DNA of 64,000 nucleotides. It comes from TPA_inf: Saccharomyces (taxonomy: Eukaryota). The notes below the pieces were generated by a model that saw only the letters and a list, made by a program, of their open reading frames with translations, was not told where the DNA came from and made no database searches. The translations under genes and the position numbers were made by a program. Shown one piece after another: positions 54,398-64,000 of this stretch. Within the stretch, counting starts at the first letter, position 1. Every line of letters begins with the position of its first letter. The DNA lies in the NCBI GenBank assembly GCA_000146045.2, contig BK006948.2:96001-160000 (forward strand), read 5' to 3'.

Positions 54398-57300
54398 TTA
54401 TTCATAATCCCTAAAAGTGTTCACGAAAGAATAATCTCTGTCATAGATCAATTTTCCTAAAGGCAATAAGGCTCTAAAAGCTTCGAAATCTTCCTTTATT
54501 CCACTGTCACTATTAAAATTAGAATTTTCAGGGGTCTCTAGACCACTGGAAAGAGTATCTCCGGTATCAGAACTATGGATGGGATAAACAAGAGATGTTA
54601 GGTCCGAACGAATTGGGTACAAAGATGAGTCATCAGATATTCCTTTCCTATTTGAAGATGGCGATAGGTCTCCAAAATTTGAGATGGGGGAGTGAGATTT
54701 TAATAGTTTTAAAATTTCGACTGATAACTCTCCAAATAAGTTTATTGGTGCTTCCTCCGCAAAGTCTTCTGAAGAAATATCATTCGTATTCAGTCCATCA
54801 TCGGCGAGATCGGCTTCGTTGCCCTTTTGTAAAGAATGGAGAGAACCATATGATTTTAGACTCATAATTAGTTGATCGACTGTTTCATCTTTTATCTTTC
54901 TTGAATGCATAATAACTTTCGTTATCGTTTCATCATAAGGTTTAGAATCAAATATTGACGTAGAATCGTTCAAAGCATGATAACGTTGCAAAACGTATTT
55001 CAAAAAGTGGCTGTAGAACACAATCAAAGTGTTCCATTTGACATTGTCAAACAGTAACTGCTCATCATTTTCTCCCACTAATCGATCATAAGATTTTTTT
55101 AGGATATCGATGATCTCTTTTACCTCACCTTTCTTTTTTAGATCGTTCATATTATCCACAACGTAAAAGAAGAGAACAAACATAGCAGTAGAGAACTGAT
55201 ACATAACCTCGTTATACATATGCGCCTGGTAATTGATGCCTTGAAACAGCTGTAACATTTCTTTACTGGCGTTTAAGTATTGACTTGAAAAAAGAATGAA
55301 TAGCTGAGGAATATCATGGCGAGAACCTTTGTATAGGCGTTCGTTATCAATCAATAAGGATGTAGTCATCATGCTCAAAATCACTTTAGAATATAGCGCC
55401 CTAAAATGACAATTCAAAACACGAGAGCATGCAATCTCAAAACTTAAAGCCGGATTTTCTTGGGATTTTTGAGCGTAAAGTACCGATAAATACTGTTTAT
55501 AACTTTTTAGTTTCATACTTACGTGCAAGTTGTCTCTCCAATTGTTCAAAGAATCATTGAGATCTTTGATTTTATCAAGCATGGCATCGAATGAAAGATC
55601 TAGAGTACTTCTGACAGCAAAACAAGTAGAGTATATTTTACTCTCAATACTAACCAATTTTGAAACATAATATGATATGAAAAGGGATATGTGCTGACAA
55701 AAATTTACAACTACATTCAATGCAGAGTTGACATCAGTAATTTTATCGAGATCTTCCTTTTTATCAATAAGATCAGGTAGAATATTAGTTTTTATCACTT
55801 CATAATAATTTTGATCTGTTAGCATATCCATATCGCGTTCCCCCACAATAGGGGGTCTGGATAACATTAAAGAATATAGTTTATCTGTACAAAAACAATG
55901 CCACCACATTCTTCTTCTCCTTATGGCTTCTTCAAAGTCTAGTGACTTGTAAGAGGATTTTCTATTTAATTCCATGTCAACCGCCAATCTAATCGCGGTT
56001 CCTAAAATACAATTTGCTAGTTCAGTATCGTAGGTAAGTTGAAAATATCGGTTCAGTAGTAATAAAGCTTGTAGTGTTCTTGTACCTGAACAGATGGTGG
56101 ACAGCTTATGATAATAATACATGGCATTTAGTAAGGCAACGTTTTCGATTTTTTTTAACTCTTGGGAGGTTGGATCATATCTATCTTTCCTTAGAAACTT
56201 TGAATCACCTCTTATAATTGATTGAGTGGCAGATGCACCCGAGCAGAGACACACGTTTAATAATAAATGTTCAGGATATGTGAGTTTTTCGCCGCTTTCG
56301 CTGTAGTACTTTTCTGCTAAGTCTAGACATTCTTTTAACGATATTATACCAGTTACAGAGGATAATAAGGTAGCATGAAAATTCTCAAGAAGTCTCTTTG
56401 CTTGCTTTTTCGGAGGTAATGAGTATAATATTATTTCGCTGGAGAAGAAAGCCGGAGATGACAAATCCATAAATTTTTTCATTTGAGTTGCATACCATTT
56501 TAAAGATATGCTTAATATTTCGCTGATTGGAGAAAGAAACTCCTCATTGGACGCTTTCACTCCTAAACTTTGTTTGAACCAATAGAGTTTTTGAGCAGTT
56601 AAAAGTGCCGTAGAGTATATTTTTCTCGCTGGTTTGGGCAAATTGTTCTTTTCCTTGTATTTGCCTTCCTGCTTTTTAACAGCCTTGTCCAATAACCACT
56701 CAAGTCTAGCCACACTGTCAATAATGTAAGACATTTTTCTATCCAATTTTTCAATCTTTGAATTCATTTTTTTGTTAAGATTATTTTGAATATTGGAGAC
56801 TTTATCGATGATATTGCTTTCTAAGGGGGAATTACCGTTTAAAAGTTCAAACCTTCCACTGTTCGGTACTGAAGAAGACGCTACAGGATTGCTAATACTA
56901 TTTGAGGTTTGAAGTGATTCCCCTGGTGTTGCATGATGTTTGATTTCTAATTTTCTTTTCTTCTTAAGAATCTCATCACGATGTTTGAAAGTGCAAGGCA
57001 ACTGAAACTTAATACAGTTTGAACATTTTTTGGTCTGCTGGTCCACTTCATCACATCTGATTTTTCTTTTTCGGCAATGGTCACAGGCCTTTGATACACG
57101 TTTCTTGAGATTTTTACCAGAGCCGCTCATATCATTACTGTTAGTGTGTTCCATCATCGTGCTGATGTCACGGTTCTGTTGTGTCTGAAATTGCGACTGA
57201 TGCTCTGTTGGCGAGTATATTGTATTGGGATAAGCCACATTCATGGGGATATTTGGACCTATTGTACTACCTGTCATAAGGGTGTTTTCTCTGTTAGGCA

Positions 57301-57490
57301 TCGTCATCAGTTGATCTGGCACAGGCATCGACCATATTTGAGTTTCAGGAACCAGACGTGGGGTACCAGTTTGATGGTTTACATTTGAAATGTCACTTCT
57401 ACCGGTGATTTCATTGTTAAAAACCGCATTCATATTGCTTGCTGAGTTTGAAAACCCATTTGGGCTGTAATCTCCACCTTGATTTTCCAT
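54398..57490 (-). CDS. HAL9: Zn(II)2Cys6 binuclear-cluster transcription factor Hal9, 1030 aa
   Basis: Zn2Cys6 motif CDHCRKRKIRCDEVDQQTKKCSNCIKFQLPC plus a fungal-specific transcription-factor middle homology region. Matches HAL9 (YOL089C). Confidence 0.88.
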   Translation of the reverse strand: MENQGGDYSPNGFSNSASNMNAVFNNEITGRSDISNVNHQTGTPRLVPETQIWSMPVPDQLMTMPNRENTLMTGSTIGPNIPMNVAYPNTIYSPTEHQSQFQTQQNRDISTMMEHTNSNDMSGSGKNLKKRVSKACDHCRKRKIRCDEVDQQTKKCSNCIKFQLPCTFKHRDEILKKKRKLEIKHHATPGESLQTSNSISNPVASSSVPNSGRFELLNGNSPLESNIIDKVSNIQNNLNKKMNSKIEKLDRKMSYIIDSVARLEWLLDKAVKKQEGKYKEKNNLPKPARKIYSTALLTAQKLYWFKQSLGVKASNEEFLSPISEILSISLKWYATQMKKFMDLSSPAFFSSEIILYSLPPKKQAKRLLENFHATLLSSVTGIISLKECLDLAEKYYSESGEKLTYPEHLLLNVCLCSGASATQSIIRGDSKFLRKDRYDPTSQELKKIENVALLNAMYYYHKLSTICSGTRTLQALLLLNRYFQLTYDTELANCILGTAIRLAVDMELNRKSSYKSLDFEEAIRRRRMWWHCFCTDKLYSLMLSRPPIVGERDMDMLTDQNYYEVIKTNILPDLIDKKEDLDKITDVNSALNVVVNFCQHISLFISYYVSKLVSIESKIYSTCFAVRSTLDLSFDAMLDKIKDLNDSLNNWRDNLHVSMKLKSYKQYLSVLYAQKSQENPALSFEIACSRVLNCHFRALYSKVILSMMTTSLLIDNERLYKGSRHDIPQLFILFSSQYLNASKEMLQLFQGINYQAHMYNEVMYQFSTAMFVLFFYVVDNMNDLKKKGEVKEIIDILKKSYDRLVGENDEQLLFDNVKWNTLIVFYSHFLKYVLQRYHALNDSTSIFDSKPYDETITKVIMHSRKIKDETVDQLIMSLKSYGSLHSLQKGNEADLADDGLNTNDISSEDFAEEAPINLFGELSVEILKLLKSHSPISNFGDLSPSSNRKGISDDSSLYPIRSDLTSLVYPIHSSDTGDTLSSGLETPENSNFNSDSGIKEDFEAFRALLPLGKLIYDRDYSFVNTFRDYE

Positions 57491-57911
57491 TATTTCAAAC
57501 CGAAGATTTGGAGTGGAGAGTGCTGATTTCCTAAGTTGAATTAAAGTACGATAATAAGCTCCCTAAGACATTTATTCTTTTTTCGAATTAAAGGCTTTTT
57601 ATATAAAGCCATCTTTCATGTACGTAATTGGAGATTATACCAAAACCAAACAGGGTAAGAGATGTTTCTCTAATGAATAAAATAACAGTGTTACCTTAGC
57701 ACAAGCCAATATTCAAAACACATGTGGTAGACCTTCTGTAATATTTATGTATATCTCCATAATCTTTCACCTACACAATCTCACTTATATTGCGGCTAAC
57801 GTACATTGTTAAATATATATGTATCTGTGTATTTGTTGTACCTCAGGGTGAGGGTCCCGCTTCCGTCTGTAGTCGGTATTCGTAAAGTAAAAGACAGAGC
57901 GAAGCTTATGT

Positions 57912-58745
57912 TCAAAGCTCGTCATGACTACTGGTATCTTCTAACTGGTCTTCTATGTGTGATAATAGGCTCAATTGTAGACGAATGATTTTCAGTTTTT
58001 CTTTAACTTCTTTACTCAAGTCATCTCCATTTTGCTTAATTAAAGCTTCTAGTCTTCGCCTTTCCTTTTCCAGCCCATTCACGTCACCGTATAATTTAGA
58101 TAAAGTATCAGAGTAGTATTCTTTACCAGCTTTACACAGAAGCTGTTGAGAACGTAATTCTTCATTGCAATTCCTAGAATCATCGAAAATATGTTCTATG
58201 AATCTTTCTTCTGTATCTTTACTTCTTACAGTATCGATAAAGTTGCTTAAACTCTTTAGGTTCCTACTCCCTTCAAAACGAACAACCCTAGACGTATCCA
58301 GTTGGTACTTAGGATTGTTGAACCACGTCTTGATTCTTTGCCATAGTCTTTCATGAAATTTCATAGACGACCAATCGAGCTTCGGAAGAACTAAGGGCTT
58401 AGTACGAGGTTTGACCAGTTCAATTATTGGAAATCCAGGCAAGTCGGTACATAAAGTTGGCCCGAAGAATTCACAGTTAACTTCAAGGAAGTTAATTGGG
58501 GTATCATCTTTATTAGCTTTTTTGGCGTATAGCTCACCAAGCTCTTCGTATACTGGGGCCAGAGTTTTACAATGTTGGCACCAAGAAGTGTAGTATTTTA
58601 TCATTGTGTAAGAATCATTCCTATTGCAGATATCGAAGTACTGCTCAATCGACTTGACCATCGTGACAGCTTCACTGTAGGCCAACGCTGGTAAAATGAC
58701 GACGCATGTTGATAATACGGAAAATAAAAAGCCGTGCAATTTCAT
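57912..58745 (-). CDS. MPD2: ER protein disulfide isomerase family member Mpd2, 277 aa
   Basis: Signal peptide, thioredoxin active site WCQHCK (CxxC) and a C-terminal HDEL ER-retention signal. Matches MPD2 (YOL088C). Confidence 0.9.
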
Positions 58746-59286
58746 CTCCTTTGTGTTTTACTTTGCCGACGTACTTGCACTAGACTCGCTGTGTTTTTTT
58801 TCTGTTGTTTTGTTGTTATGCTGTTCTTTAGCTCAAAAAATTGGCCACTGTTCCCCGCTCTGTAAATTAATTGCTCTTAAAGAAACAAAAATGATTAAAA
58901 AAAATTAGAAATATTTGAGATAATAAGAACATCATTCAGGTCGCCCATATTCACAATTATTTACAGACTGTATTTTAATGAAGAATGTGTGCATAACTTG
59001 ATGGTACCTATTCAATATAAAATTTGATAAATAAATAATATTATAAAAATGTCTATGTAATTATTATAAAGCTCTAGAGTATGTATGAGTTGTTACACAT
59101 AGCATTCCAATGAGTACTTGCTTTTTTCTTCGTTCTTTAGACATTTCAGAAGAATATTCTTTATCTTGTCATTGTTACTGCAACTACTATTATAGTATTA
59201 TTAGTATTATTGTTGGTATTGTTACTATATATTTACGCTTAAAAACTCCAAATTCAGACCCCAAAATATAATTTAAATAAACATTA

Positions 59287-62200
59287 TCATTTCCCCTCAT
59301 TCCCGTTGACCTCATGAACTAGCGGTGAATTATGTACTTTTCTTCTGTATTCTAGAACTATGTCACCCTGAGATTTCCAGTAAAGTGTTCTAACGGTATT
59401 TAAAGTCATATCGTTATCAAGCACTTGGCCCCTACATAGTAGATCCAACCAAAGACTAGGTTCCATTTTTGCTTTCATTTCAGGAGTTTTCGTTTCAAAT
59501 CTGTCAGCGACGTAAAGTTTAATTTTTTTCACCCTAATCATTCCAGGCGCAACCAGCTTGACATTCGCCTCAGAGATTCTCGGTAAATCTGTGGGGTTTA
59601 ACTCCTGCTCGCTGGTCTTCGGACGGCCAAACTTTAGCATATTATGGAACTGTTGCTGTGTTGATGGGGAAACGGCTTCATTACCATTTCCAAGGCTGCT
59701 ATCGCTACTATCGTTGCCAGAAGATTCTGTGGTATCTGATGCACTAATAAACTTCTTCTTGTTTTCATTGCCAGCTGCCTCACTCCCACCAACAGAAGAC
59801 CATGGCATGATTAAGAAGTTCAACTTTGGTTGCTCTTCCACCGTCTTAATATCTCTAAATAAAGCTTTTGCAAACCAGTAGGGCAAATTTTCCTCCAATT
59901 GCTCAAAAATTTGCCTTCTGTTGAGTCTGCTTCCTAACTCGCCATCAATAAGATCATATTTTCCTAATTTGTCATCATCTACAGCTTGAAGGTCTACTTC
60001 TTCATCATCTGGCGGTTTGGAATTTTCTTTGCCGCCGCTGACGGTTTCATTATCGACATGAGATGGCGGTAATAGGGTGGAAAATAATACCCTGCCACCA
60101 CATGAGCCTTCCTTCCAAAGATGGACCAAAACTAACGTGGCAGATTTTACTCTAATAATTGGACATGAACTAGCCTTGATTATCTTGGTGACTGGAAGCC
60201 TCTTCGTCAGGTATTTTAGAGAAGAAGTATTCATATATTGTTGCTTGTAAGACTCTTGAATTTGCTCCAGTAAATCGGGCATGAACTCAGGCTTCTTCTT
60301 TTCGTTGCCTTCCAAGGTTGACGTGGAATTCGCCCTTGAGTTTTCAGATGATCTTAGTTTGTTATGAGTGTTGTTACTCGGTAAATCTTGTGATGAAATA
60401 GCGGATAGTTTTTGCTCTAGCTTGAAAGGATGATTCCATAACATAGATTCTGGAGTTGCATCCTTAGACTGCTGAGTTGTATTGATAGCTTGAGGGAAGG
60501 CCGAGTCATCATTAATAACGTGCGGAGTATCTGGCAGAATTCCTTTGGGCTCCTCTGGAGTGTTTAACCCTGTTGTGGCACGACCAGAAGTAGACCTAAA
60601 TGATTTGAACTTTCTACTTAACAAGGAGCCAGAGCTCTGCGTTCTAAAATATGGCTTTTTGGATGCAGGCAATGGTTGCACGAGTTCTAAAGAGTCATCT
60701 ATTGCTTTATCAGAAGCTGACTGCAACAATGGTTGTTCTTCTAATACTATAGTCTCTGCCATTACCGGGGTTGCAGGTGCCGAATTTGGTGGAGTTCCAC
60801 TGCTGTTGGTATTTCCAATGGACAGAGTTGAACTAATTTTGAAGGTTGATTTTCTCTTTTTATCTTTATTATTCTTTTTTGATTCACTGTTATATCCCGT
60901 ATCCAAGGTTAATGAATTGGTTAAGTCTTTTTTCTTCAAACTAAAAATTTTCTTCCTTAAAAGTTTATCCTTTTGGACTTCATATGATATGAACTCATTG
61001 AAAAGCGAATTAATAACAATTTTACCCAAATTATATCTCTCATCTGAGTTAATTTCAATATTGTTCACAACCTGATAATCCTTTAGCGCGGATCCATAAA
61101 CTTCAGTTTTCAGAAATTTTGGGTTTATTTTTACGAACAGCATACCGACCTTAACGGAAACAGTACACCAATGAGATAGAATTTCCTTTGAGGTGTATTT
61201 CATTACAATATCATCAAATGAACCTTCTGATGAATCAAAAGTATTCAAAAGCTCACATGAAACGATATCCCATCTCTGCATTTGGCCTTTAGTGTTTTCC
61301 GTTATTACATGCCTCCTGTTGGTTAGCAGTGAGCTTCTGGTCAGTGCGAACCCACCTTCGTTGACACTGAAATGGTTATTAGTTAAATCGAGCACGTTTA
61401 GATTTGAGTCAGTACAAAAAGAAAACAACAATTTTTCATTAGGTAAAAGGGCAATATCAAGGATACCACCATATTTTTTTACTTTCGCATCTGTAGTTGA
61501 TATATTTTGCTCTTCGTGTTCATGGTGATGATGATGATGGTGGTGATGATCAGGCTTGAAAATTCTTGTAAGTTTAGCATCTTCATAACTGGATAAGTTT
61601 GCTCTCATAACATTGCCCTGAGAGTCACCAAAATACAACTTATCAAGGCTCGTTCCTTGGACACACCATATGGAAGAATCCCAGGACCAAGATCCAATTT
61701 TTTTGGGAAGCTGAAGGGCACCAGTAGTCTGATCATGCCTACAATTCAAGTCCCATACATTTATTACACCATCTGAGCTGGTACTGATTAGTCGTGTGGA
61801 GTCATCAAGAGTTCTTACTACTTTTATATTTGTTCTGTGGGCGTTTTGAATTCTTATCACCTCCTTACGATATTTACACGAATAAAAAATCAAATCACCA
61901 TTACAGTCTCCGGCAACAAAATCAAAGGGACGAGACGTTTGATTGTCATCAAAACTGTATTTTGGGATGATGGGACTCATGGAGTATATTGAGCCTGTGT
62001 CGTTTGATTGTGCATTATCAAATGTGTGTAGTAGCGTAGCCATTTTTTCTGGCCCGCTGCTCAGGCACCAAAGTTTGATTTTTCTATCTAGACCACCTGT
62101 CACAAAAAGAAAGTTGTTCTGTTCATCAACAACAATGCCATTATTTATTCCATCGTGTACATTATCAGGACCACCCTCTTGTTCTTCCAATTCATAGTCA

Positions 62201-62637
62201 TTTGACATTTCATAATGTATGGGCACTATGCACTTGATATAATCGTCGTGGTCACCGATTATTTTCTTATCCCAGGTAGTTAACTGCGCATTCACACTAA
62301 TTAATACTATCGAAAAATCGTGACTTACTGATATGAATGTGTCCCCTGCAGATGGGTCTGAATTTTTCATATTAACATGTATTAGATCGCTTGCCCAATC
62401 GCTATGAACTTGCATTCTTATCGCATCGTTTTTTATGGTAGTTGCAGCAGTCTCAGGCTCGTTCGAGAGCTGTGTGTTCTTGTGCAAAATTATGGAACCA
62501 TCCCTTCCTGAAGTAAGAAAATAGTTTTTACCAGGTATATCCGGGTACAGAATCTTTGTTATCGGTAAGATGTGCGCATCTTGGGAAGTGCAGTAATCTG
62601 GGGAAATTAGGCCATAACTCACTGTCAACTGATTCAT
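59287..62637 (-). CDS. DUF1: WD40-repeat ubiquitin-binding protein Duf1, 1116 aa (contains a His10 tract)
   Basis: N-terminal WD40 repeats, a poly-His run (DHHHHHHHHHHEHEE) and a long S/T-rich C-terminal region. Length and position match DUF1 (YOL087C). Confidence 0.8.
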   Translation of the reverse strand: MNQLTVSYGLISPDYCTSQDAHILPITKILYPDIPGKNYFLTSGRDGSIILHKNTQLSNEPETAATTIKNDAIRMQVHSDWASDLIHVNMKNSDPSAGDTFISVSHDFSIVLISVNAQLTTWDKKIIGDHDDYIKCIVPIHYEMSNDYELEEQEGGPDNVHDGINNGIVVDEQNNFLFVTGGLDRKIKLWCLSSGPEKMATLLHTFDNAQSNDTGSIYSMSPIIPKYSFDDNQTSRPFDFVAGDCNGDLIFYSCKYRKEVIRIQNAHRTNIKVVRTLDDSTRLISTSSDGVINVWDLNCRHDQTTGALQLPKKIGSWSWDSSIWCVQGTSLDKLYFGDSQGNVMRANLSSYEDAKLTRIFKPDHHHHHHHHHEHEEQNISTTDAKVKKYGGILDIALLPNEKLLFSFCTDSNLNVLDLTNNHFSVNEGGFALTRSSLLTNRRHVITENTKGQMQRWDIVSCELLNTFDSSEGSFDDIVMKYTSKEILSHWCTVSVKVGMLFVKINPKFLKTEVYGSALKDYQVVNNIEINSDERYNLGKIVINSLFNEFISYEVQKDKLLRKKIFSLKKKDLTNSLTLDTGYNSESKKNNKDKKRKSTFKISSTLSIGNTNSSGTPPNSAPATPVMAETIVLEEQPLLQSASDKAIDDSLELVQPLPASKKPYFRTQSSGSLLSRKFKSFRSTSGRATTGLNTPEEPKGILPDTPHVINDDSAFPQAINTTQQSKDATPESMLWNHPFKLEQKLSAISSQDLPSNNTHNKLRSSENSRANSTSTLEGNEKKKPEFMPDLLEQIQESYKQQYMNTSSLKYLTKRLPVTKIIKASSCPIIRVKSATLVLVHLWKEGSCGGRVLFSTLLPPSHVDNETVSGGKENSKPPDDEEVDLQAVDDDKLGKYDLIDGELGSRLNRRQIFEQLEENLPYWFAKALFRDIKTVEEQPKLNFLIMPWSSVGGSEAAGNENKKKFISASDTTESSGNDSSDSSLGNGNEAVSPSTQQQFHNMLKFGRPKTSEQELNPTDLPRISEANVKLVAPGMIRVKKIKLYVADRFETKTPEMKAKMEPSLWLDLLCRGQVLDNDMTLNTVRTLYWKSQGDIVLEYRRKVHNSPLVHEVNGNEGK

Positions 62638-63172
62638 TATTACCTTTCTATTTTCTCCGGCTTTTTATTGGCTTGCTCTTCTAAAGTCAGAAAAGCGTAG
62701 ATTTGCTAGAATGTATCGTTTCCTCGTTAGGAATGGCTTGAACTAATTCCTGTATCTATGCAATTGCAATCCAACTACACTTATACGACGTCAAAAGGAA
62801 GGGGCGGAGCGTTCTAATTGTAGTTGCAAAAAGCGATGTAGTCGTTCTTCAAGTAGTAATTAATACCAGGATAGGACACGGTGTTATGGTGCTGGTAGTT
62901 ACTTGTTATAATGTTATTATTGGGCAAAAAGAGAGTTCACTGTTTAACAATAGCAATGGGGTTTTTTTCAGTATACATTTGAACTGCAATGGAATTTGGG
63001 CGGAGGGAGCAGTAAAGGGGCGATCAGAGTTGAAAAAAAAATGCTGCCGTAAAAAAAGCATGCACGTATACACTTGAGTAAATATATTTATGTATTCATA
63101 TCTCAAGATAAGATCATGATACATAAAAGCGATATAACGTCTTGAAGCTCAGGTAAGGGGCTAGTAGATGCA

Positions 63173-63445
63173 ATGAATGACGATGAAGATAGAGCCCAAC
63201 TGAAGGCTAGGCTGTGGATCCGTGTGGAAGAACGATTACAACAGGTGTTGTCCTCTGAGGACATAAAATACACACCGAGATTCATCAACTCATTGCTGGA
63301 GTTAGCATATCTACAATTGGGTGAAATGGGGAGCGATTTGCAGGCATTTGCTCGGCATGCCGGTAGAGGTGTGGTCAATAAGAGCGACCTCATGCTATAC
63401 CTGAGAAAGCAACCTGACCTACAGGAAAGAGTTACTCAAGAATAA
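63173..63445 (+). CDS. MHF1: Histone-fold protein Mhf1 (CENP-S homolog), 90 aa
   Basis: 90-aa ORF MNDDEDRAQLKARLWIRVEERLQQV... with a histone fold. Position immediately adjacent to the ADH1 3' end matches YOL086W-A. Confidence 0.8.
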   Translation: MNDDEDRAQLKARLWIRVEERLQQVLSSEDIKYTPRFINSLLELAYLQLGEMGSDLQAFARHAGRGVVNKSDLMLYLRKQPDLQERVTQE

Positions 63446-63547
63446 GAATTTTCGTTTTAAAACCTAAGAGTCACTTTAAAATTTGTATACACTTATTTTT
63501 TTTATAACTTATTTAATAATAAAAATCATAAATCATAAGAAATTCGC

Positions 63548-64000
63548 TTATTTAGAAGTGTCAACAACGTATCTACCAACGATTTGACCCTTTTCCATCT
63601 TTTCGTAAATTTCTGGCAAGGTAGACAAGCCGACAACCTTGATTGGAGACTTGACCAAACCTCTGGCGAAGAAGTCCAAAGCTTCTCTGGTGTCAGCTCT
63701 GTTACCGACGTAAGAACCAACAATAGAGATGGACTTGACGACTTGGTTGAAGACATCAGAACAACACTTGGCACCAGCTGGCATACCGACCAAAACGGTG
63801 GTACCGTTAGCTCTAACGTATCTGGTAGAAGCTTCAATAGCGGCTTCGGAAACGGAAACGTTGATGACACCGTGAGCACCACCGTCAGTGGCCTTTAGAA
63901 CAGCACCGACAATGTCCTTTTCCTTAGTGAAGTCAATGAAGACTTCACCACCGATGGATCTGAATAATTCTTCCTTACCTTCACCACCGTCAATACCCAA
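63548..64000 (-). CDS. ADH1: Alcohol dehydrogenase I, C-terminal 150 codons. The gene continues beyond the window end.
   Basis: Translation ...[149 protein letters not shown] stop. Strong optimal-codon bias. The leading M in the ORF track is an edge artefact. Confidence 0.95.
   Translation of the reverse strand: MGIDGGEGKEELFRSIGGEVFIDFTKEKDIVGAVLKATDGGAHGVINVSVSEAAIEASTRYVRANGTTVLVGMPAGAKCCSDVFNQVVKSISIVGSYVGNRADTREALDFFARGLVKSPIKVVGLSTLPEIYEKMEKGQIVGRYVVDTSK

Overview
The window reads as a contiguous stretch of the Saccharomyces cerevisiae chromosome XV left arm, with gene order YOL119C (MCH4, partial) through YOL086C (ADH1, partial). I recognised it from gene order, ORF lengths and protein motifs; no database search was possible. 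It is an ordinary, gene-dense euchromatic region with about 35 protein-coding genes. Most can be named: RRI2, MSN1, PAP2/TRF4, YOL114C, SKM1, MSB4, MDY2, SHR5, ZEO1, INO4, YOL107W, WSC3, NDJ1, ITR2, TPT1, IZH4, PKH2, YOL098C, WRS1, COQ3, HMI1, RFC4, TRM10, YPQ1, SPO21, MSH2, HAL9, MPD2, DUF1, MHF1 and ADH1. The window also contains two tRNA genes, Gly-UCC on the minus strand and Thr-AGU on the plus strand. A solo Ty1 delta LTR lies next to the tRNA-Thr. A full-length Ty1 retrotransposon of 5,926 bp (338-bp LTRs, 5-bp target-site duplication CCTTC, intact TYA/TYB) sits between NDJ1 and ITR2. I see no evidence of a novel multi-gene system. The observations worth a second look are: a candidate box C/D snoRNA between YOL098C and WRS1; a strikingly GC-rich SHR5 coding region; a Ty1 whose two LTRs are identical except for a cluster of differences in the last 20 bp; a composite (AAT)n(AGT)n(GAT)n microsatellite; a 12-bp coding tandem repeat in WSC3; homopolymer and poly-His tracts; a few regulatory-motif candidates (MCB, ICRE-like, ACS-like).
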